A stretch of 64,000 bases of DNA from Gallionella sp. Its GTDB lineage: Bacteria > Pseudomonadota > Gammaproteobacteria > Burkholderiales > Gallionellaceae. The stretch lies in the NCBI GenBank assembly GCA_030652475.1, contig JAUSAO010000003.1, forward strand, positions 12,960 to 76,959, given 5' to 3'. Under the pieces are notes generated by a model, which saw nothing but the letters and a program-made list of their open reading frames with translations, had not been told where the DNA came from and did not search any database. Positions 59,824 to 64,000 of this stretch are shown in pieces (position 1 is the stretch's first letter; the number at the start of each line of letters is the position of its first letter). Both the position numbers and the translations under genes were made by a program.

Positions 59824-61314
59824 GTGGAATTTAGCATAAAACAAAGCAGTCCGGAAAATCAGCGCAGCGCGTGCATCGTTCTGGGCGTTTTTGAGGGCGG
59901 CCAGTTGTCCCCCGCCGCACAAATTCTCGATCAAGCGACCGGACACCAGTTAAGCAAACTGGTCACACGCGGCGATGTGACGGGCAAAACAGGCAACACC
60001 GCGTTGCTTCATACCCTGTCCGGCGTGAACGCCGAACGCGTGTTGCTGATAGGCCTGGGCAAAGCCCGTGAGTTTAACGCCAAACAATTTCTCGATGCGC
60101 TGCGCACCACCTTTGCTGTACTGCAGAAAACAATCTGCAAAGACGCCGTACTCTATTTCACCGACCTTACCGTCCAGCAGCGCGATGAGGCCTGGAAAAT
60201 CAACCAGATCGTATTGCTCGCTGCCGAGTCTGCGTATCGTTGCGACCAGCTCAAGAGCAAACCGGCCGATAAGCCGAGCTTGCGCAAAATCCTGCTGGGC
60301 TGTGTAAAAAAACCGGGTAATGCCGCTCAAACCGCACTACTTCAGGCCAGCGCCACGGCACACGGCATGAAATTAACCAAGGATTTGGGTAATTTGCCCG
60401 GCAATATCTGCACCCCGACTTATCTGGCGGAGCAGGCACGCAAGCTGGCCGAAACCTATAAGTTCAAGGTGACCGTCCTGGAAGAGAAGGATATGGAAAA
60501 ATTGGGCATGCATTCGCTGCTGTCCGTCACGCGTGGCAGCCGTCAACCCGCCAAACTGATTACGCTGGAATATCACGGCGGCGACAAGAAACAAAAACCC
60601 GTGGTACTGGTTGGCAAGGGACTCACCTTTGACTCCGGCGGTGTCTCGCTCAAACCCGGCGCGTCGATGGACGAGATGAAGTACGACATGTGCGGCGCGG
60701 CCAGTGTGCTGGGCACCATGCAGGCGATTGCCGAAATGGGTCTGAAGCTCAACGTGGTCGCCGTCATTCCAAGCAGCGAAAACATGCCGGATGGTGCGGC
60801 CAGCAAGCCCGGCGACATCGTAAAAAGCATGGCCGGGCTGACCATCGAAATCCTCAATACCGATGCCGAAGGCCGTTTGATACTGTGCGATGCGCTGACC
60901 TATGCCGCGCGATTTGAACCGGACACTGTGTTAGATATCGCCACCCTCACCGGCGCCTGCGTGATCGCGCTGGGCGGCGTCGCCAGCGGCCTGTTCAGCA
61001 ATCAGGATGAACTAGCCCGCGAATTGGCTGAAGCAGGCGAATATTCAAATGACCGCGCATGGCACATGCCGCTATGGGACGATTACCAGCAACAGCTGGA
61101 CAGTAATTTTGCCGACATGCAGAACATCGGTGGACGCGAGGCGGGCAGCATTACCGCCGCGTGCTTTTTGTCACGCTTCACCAAGAATTACCGCTGGGCG
61201 CATCTGGATATCGCGGGTACGGCCTGGAAATCCGGCAAGGACAAGGGTTCGACCGGGCGTCCGGTACCACTGCTCACGCGCTATTTGATCCAGCGGGCTC
61301 AAGCCGCAAAATAA
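59824..61314 (+). CDS. pepA: Cytosol leucyl aminopeptidase
   Basis: LVGKGLTFDSGG, MKYDMCGAA and NTDAEGRLILCD; lptF-pepA-holC-valS context; GTG start. Confidence 0.95.
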   Translation: MEFSIKQSSPENQRSACIVLGVFEGGQLSPAAQILDQATGHQLSKLVTRGDVTGKTGNTALLHTLSGVNAERVLLIGLGKAREFNAKQFLDALRTTFAVLQKTICKDAVLYFTDLTVQQRDEAWKINQIVLLAAESAYRCDQLKSKPADKPSLRKILLGCVKKPGNAAQTALLQASATAHGMKLTKDLGNLPGNICTPTYLAEQARKLAETYKFKVTVLEEKDMEKLGMHSLLSVTRGSRQPAKLITLEYHGGDKKQKPVVLVGKGLTFDSGGVSLKPGASMDEMKYDMCGAASVLGTMQAIAEMGLKLNVVAVIPSSENMPDGAASKPGDIVKSMAGLTIEILNTDAEGRLILCDALTYAARFEPDTVLDIATLTGACVIALGGVASGLFSNQDELARELAEAGEYSNDRAWHMPLWDDYQQQLDSNFADMQNIGGREAGSITAACFLSRFTKNYRWAHLDIAGTAWKSGKDKGSTGRPVPLLTRYLIQRAQAAK

Positions 61315-61745
61315 TGACCAGAGTAGATTTTTATACAGGCTCTCCCGACAAGCTGCGCACCGCTTGTCAGTTGAGCCATAAAGCCATGCAAAACGGCCTG
61401 CACACCATCATCAGCCTGCCCGATGCTGCGAGTTGCGATGCGCTGGATCGGTTGTTGTGGCATTACCCTGACACCGCCTTCATCCCGCATTGCCGCAGCG
61501 ACGCGGAACAGGCAGCACAGACACCGGTTGTTCTGAGCCACGACAACGATAAATTTCCGCACCACGACTTGTTGATCAGCCTGCATGGCGAGTGCATGCC
61601 CTTTTTCAGCCGCTTTGATCGCGTCATCGAAATCGTCGGCATGAGCGAGGAAGAAAGCCGCCTGGGGCGTGAGCGCTACGCGTTTTACCGGGATCGCGGC
61701 TACGAACTGCGCCATTTCGACCTGAACAAGGCCAATGAGCCATGA
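61314..61745 (+). CDS. holC: DNA polymerase III chi subunit
   Basis: MTRVDFY, LDRLLW...FIPH, FSRFDRVIEIV and RERYAFYRDRGY. Confidence 0.92.
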   Translation: MTRVDFYTGSPDKLRTACQLSHKAMQNGLHTIISLPDAASCDALDRLLWHYPDTAFIPHCRSDAEQAAQTPVVLSHDNDKFPHHDLLISLHGECMPFFSRFDRVIEIVGMSEEESRLGRERYAFYRDRGYELRHFDLNKANEP

Positions 61746-62116
61746 CACCGCAGAACATTTATTCTAGCGATGACTTGCCTTTGCTGACCGAGGTGGTCAA
61801 CCATCCTGATTTTAACGACTTGCCGATACTCACCGAGGTCGTTGCCGAAGAGACACAGACCGGCGAACCTCATTCCATAGCCGATCAGCCAACCGCCAGC
61901 GCAGCCGTGCTGCCACGCACCTTGAGCGCCGAAGAGATGCAGTATCTGTTGCAGCAACTTGAAACGCATCTGGAAACCGTATTTACCGGCAAACTAAACA
62001 GACACATCGAGCAACTGCAAAAACTCGCCGTTGATCTGGCGATCAGCGAACTCAAAGCCGAACTACCCCAATTGCTGCGTGATGCGCTGTCAAAGACGGC
62101 CGGTGGTAAGTGGTAA
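61742..62116 (+). CDS. Hypothetical protein (DUF2486-like) with duplicated DLPxLTEVV motif
   Basis: SDDLPLLTEVV and NDLPILTEVV, then an acidic linker and a helical C-terminus; between holC and valS. Confidence 0.65.
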   Translation: MTPQNIYSSDDLPLLTEVVNHPDFNDLPILTEVVAEETQTGEPHSIADQPTASAAVLPRTLSAEEMQYLLQQLETHLETVFTGKLNRHIEQLQKLAVDLAISELKAELPQLLRDALSKTAGGKW

Positions 62117-62158
62117 GTGGTAAGTGGTCGAACAGTTTACTCACTACTCACGACTCAC
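62105..62158. repeat. Inverted pair of heptamer arrays (GGTAAGT)x3 / (NACTCAC)x3
   Basis: Perfect ggtaagt at 62105, 62112 and 62119; tactcac tactcac gactcac at 62138-62158. Confidence 0.85.
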
Positions 62159-62221
62159 CGCCCCTGTCGTATAATCGCCCCCTTCATAAAAGCCCGACCC
62201 GTTCGCCATCAAGGTATTGCC

Positions 62222-64000
62222 ATGGAACTCACCAAAAGTTTTGAACCCAAAGAAATCGAATCGCGCTGGTATCCCAAGTGGGAGGAATCAGGCTACTTCA
62301 AGGCAGGACTCGATCCGGCCAAGACCGCATCTTTTTGCATCCAGCTGCCGCCGCCTAATGTAACCGGCACGCTGCATATGGGTCATGGCTTCAACCAGAC
62401 GCTGATGGACACGCTGACCCGCTATCACCGTATGCGCGGCGACAATACCCTGTGGCAACCGGGCACAGATCACGCGGGCATTGCCACGCAAATCGTGGTC
62501 GAGCGCCAGCTTGATGCCCAGGGCATCAGTCGTCACGACCTGGGACGCGAGGCATTCATAGCAAAAGTCTGGGAGTGGAAAAAAATCTCCGGCGACACCA
62601 TCACCCGCCAGATGCGTCGTCTGGGTACCTCGCCGGATTGGTCGCGCGAACGCTTTACCATGGATCCCGCGCTGAACAAGACTGTCACCGAGACTTTCGT
62701 GCGTCTATTCAACGAAGGCCTGATCTATCGCGGCAAACGTCTGGTGAACTGGGACCCCAAGCTGCACACCGCCGTGTCCGACCTGGAAGTGGTGCAGGAA
62801 GAAGAAGACGGCTTCATGTATCACATCCGTTATCCGCTGGCCGCACCCGATACCGTACATGGCCTGACACATCTCACCGTGGCCACCACCCGCCCCGAGA
62901 CCCTGCTGGGTGACGTCGCGGTGATGGTGCATCCGGAAGACGAACGCTACGCGCATCTGATCGGCAAAAGCGTCAGACTGCCTTTATGCGACCGTGACAT
63001 CCCTATCATCGCCGACGACTATGTGGACCGCGAATTCGGCACCGGCGTAGTGAAAGTCACGCCTGCGCATGATTTCAACGACTATGCGGTAGGACAGCGT
63101 CACAAGCTGGCCATGATTTGCATCCTTACTCTGGATGCCAGAATCAACGATGAGGCGCCAGAAAAATATCGCGGCATGGATCGCTTCGATGCCCGCAAGC
63201 AGATCGTCGCCGACCTCGAAACGGCAGGCGTGTTCGACAAGGCCGAGAAGCACAAACTCAAAGTGCCGCGCGGCGACCGTACCGGCGTGGTGATCGAACC
63301 TATGCTCACCGACCAGTGGTTTGTCGCGATGAGCAAGGCCGGCCCCGAAGGCAAGAGCATCACCGAACAAGCACTGGAATGCGTAAGCTCCGGCGAAATC
63401 AAGTTCCACCCCGAAAACTGGGTCAACACTTACAACCAGTGGCTGAACAACATCCAGGACTGGTGCATCTCGCGCCAGCTGTGGTGGGGTCATCAGATAC
63501 CGGCCTGGTATGGCGTGAACGGCGAAGTGTTTGTCGCGCATGATGAAGCCGAGGCTCGCCGTCAGGCTGACAAAGCTGGTTATGCCGGTCAGCTCGACCG
63601 CGACAACGATGTGCTCGACACCTGGTTTTCCTCCGCGCTGTGGCCGTTCTCCACGCTGGACTGGCAGGAGGGCAAGAACTTTGAAGAGCAGAATGCCTTC
63701 GTTCAGCAATACCTGCCCTCCACGGTGCTGGTCACCGGCTTCGACATCATCTTCTTCTGGGTCGCGCGCATGGTGATGATGACCAAACACATCACCGGCC
63801 GGATTCCGTTCAGGGACGTGTATGTGCACGGACTGATCCGCGACTCGGAAGGACAGAAGATGTCCAAGTCCAAGGGTAACGTGCTCGACCCCATCGATTT
63901 GATCGACGGCATCGCGCTCGATGAACTGGTGCAGAAGCGCACCACCGGCCTGATGAATCCGAAACAGGCCGCACAAATCGAGAAGCACACCCGCAAGGAG
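62222..64000 (+). CDS. valS: Valine--tRNA ligase (3'-truncated by the window)
   Basis: Translated by hand from ATG 62222: MELTKSFEP...[37 protein letters not shown] and KMSKS. Confidence 0.96.
   Translation, partial: MELTKSFEPKEIESRWYPKWEESGYFKAGLDPAKTASFCIQLPPPNVTGTLHMGHGFNQTLMDTLTRYHRMRGDNTLWQPGTDHAGIATQIVVERQLDAQGISRHDLGREAFIAKVWEWKKISGDTITRQMRRLGTSPDWSRERFTMDPALNKTVTETFVRLFNEGLIYRGKRLVNWDPKLHTAVSDLEVVQEEEDGFMYHIRYPLAAPDTVHGLTHLTVATTRPETLLGDVAVMVHPEDERYAHLIGKSVRLPLCDRDIPIIADDYVDREFGTGVVKVTPAHDFNDYAVGQRHKLAMICILTLDARINDEAPEKYRGMDRFDARKQIVADLETAGVFDKAEKHKLKVPRGDRTGVVIEPMLTDQWFVAMSKAGPEGKSITEQALECVSSGEIKFHPENWVNTYNQWLNNIQDWCISRQLWWGHQIPAWYGVNGEVFVAHDEAEARRQADKAGYAGQLDRDNDVLDTWFSSALWPFSTLDWQEGKNFEEQNAFVQQYLPSTVLVTGFDIIFFWVARMVMMTKHITGRIPFRDVYVHGLIRDSEGQKMSKSKGNVLDPIDLIDGIALDELVQKRTTGLMNPKQAAQIEKHTRKE

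Overview
GC-rich betaproteobacterial chromosome segment; gene content and order suggest Nitrosomonadales/Gallionellaceae-like, which is an inference. It is mostly core housekeeping genes: aroC, thyA-folA, dcd, apbC, metG, dnaE, tRNA-Gly, thiSG-trmB, hemW-rdgB-rph, yicC-gmk-rpoZ-spoT, pabB, nrdAB, ampD-pilRS, ispB, leuA, pssA, ilvIHC, an ECF sigma operon, lptFG, pepA-holC-valS. No CRISPR array, integrase or transposase is visible. The unexplained structure lies at and inside gene junctions. (1) An integrase-less toxin-antitoxin cassette is bracketed by a 90-bp duplication of the trmB 3' end whose 3 mismatches are all synonymous. (2) A C-rich/G-rich palindromic element family occurs free after metG and also in frame inside metG and an M17 peptidase, where it is nested; unrelated hairpin-like segments extend or interrupt folA and tatD. 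(3) At least eight gene junctions carry period-7 tandem arrays, usually as inverted pairs, with different unit sequences at different loci. (4) GTCATT...AATGAC paired-hairpin MITE-like elements occur at four sites. Smaller signals are a Leu-rich leader peptide before leuA, an RDGEQ-to-RDGEP change in LeuA, a CTG-initiated ECF sigma factor, a Fur-like box before the pilSR operon, an orphan miniature Csu/SCPU-type pilin and a PP2C phosphatase with no adjacent kinase. All annotations were made by eye from motifs, without database searches.
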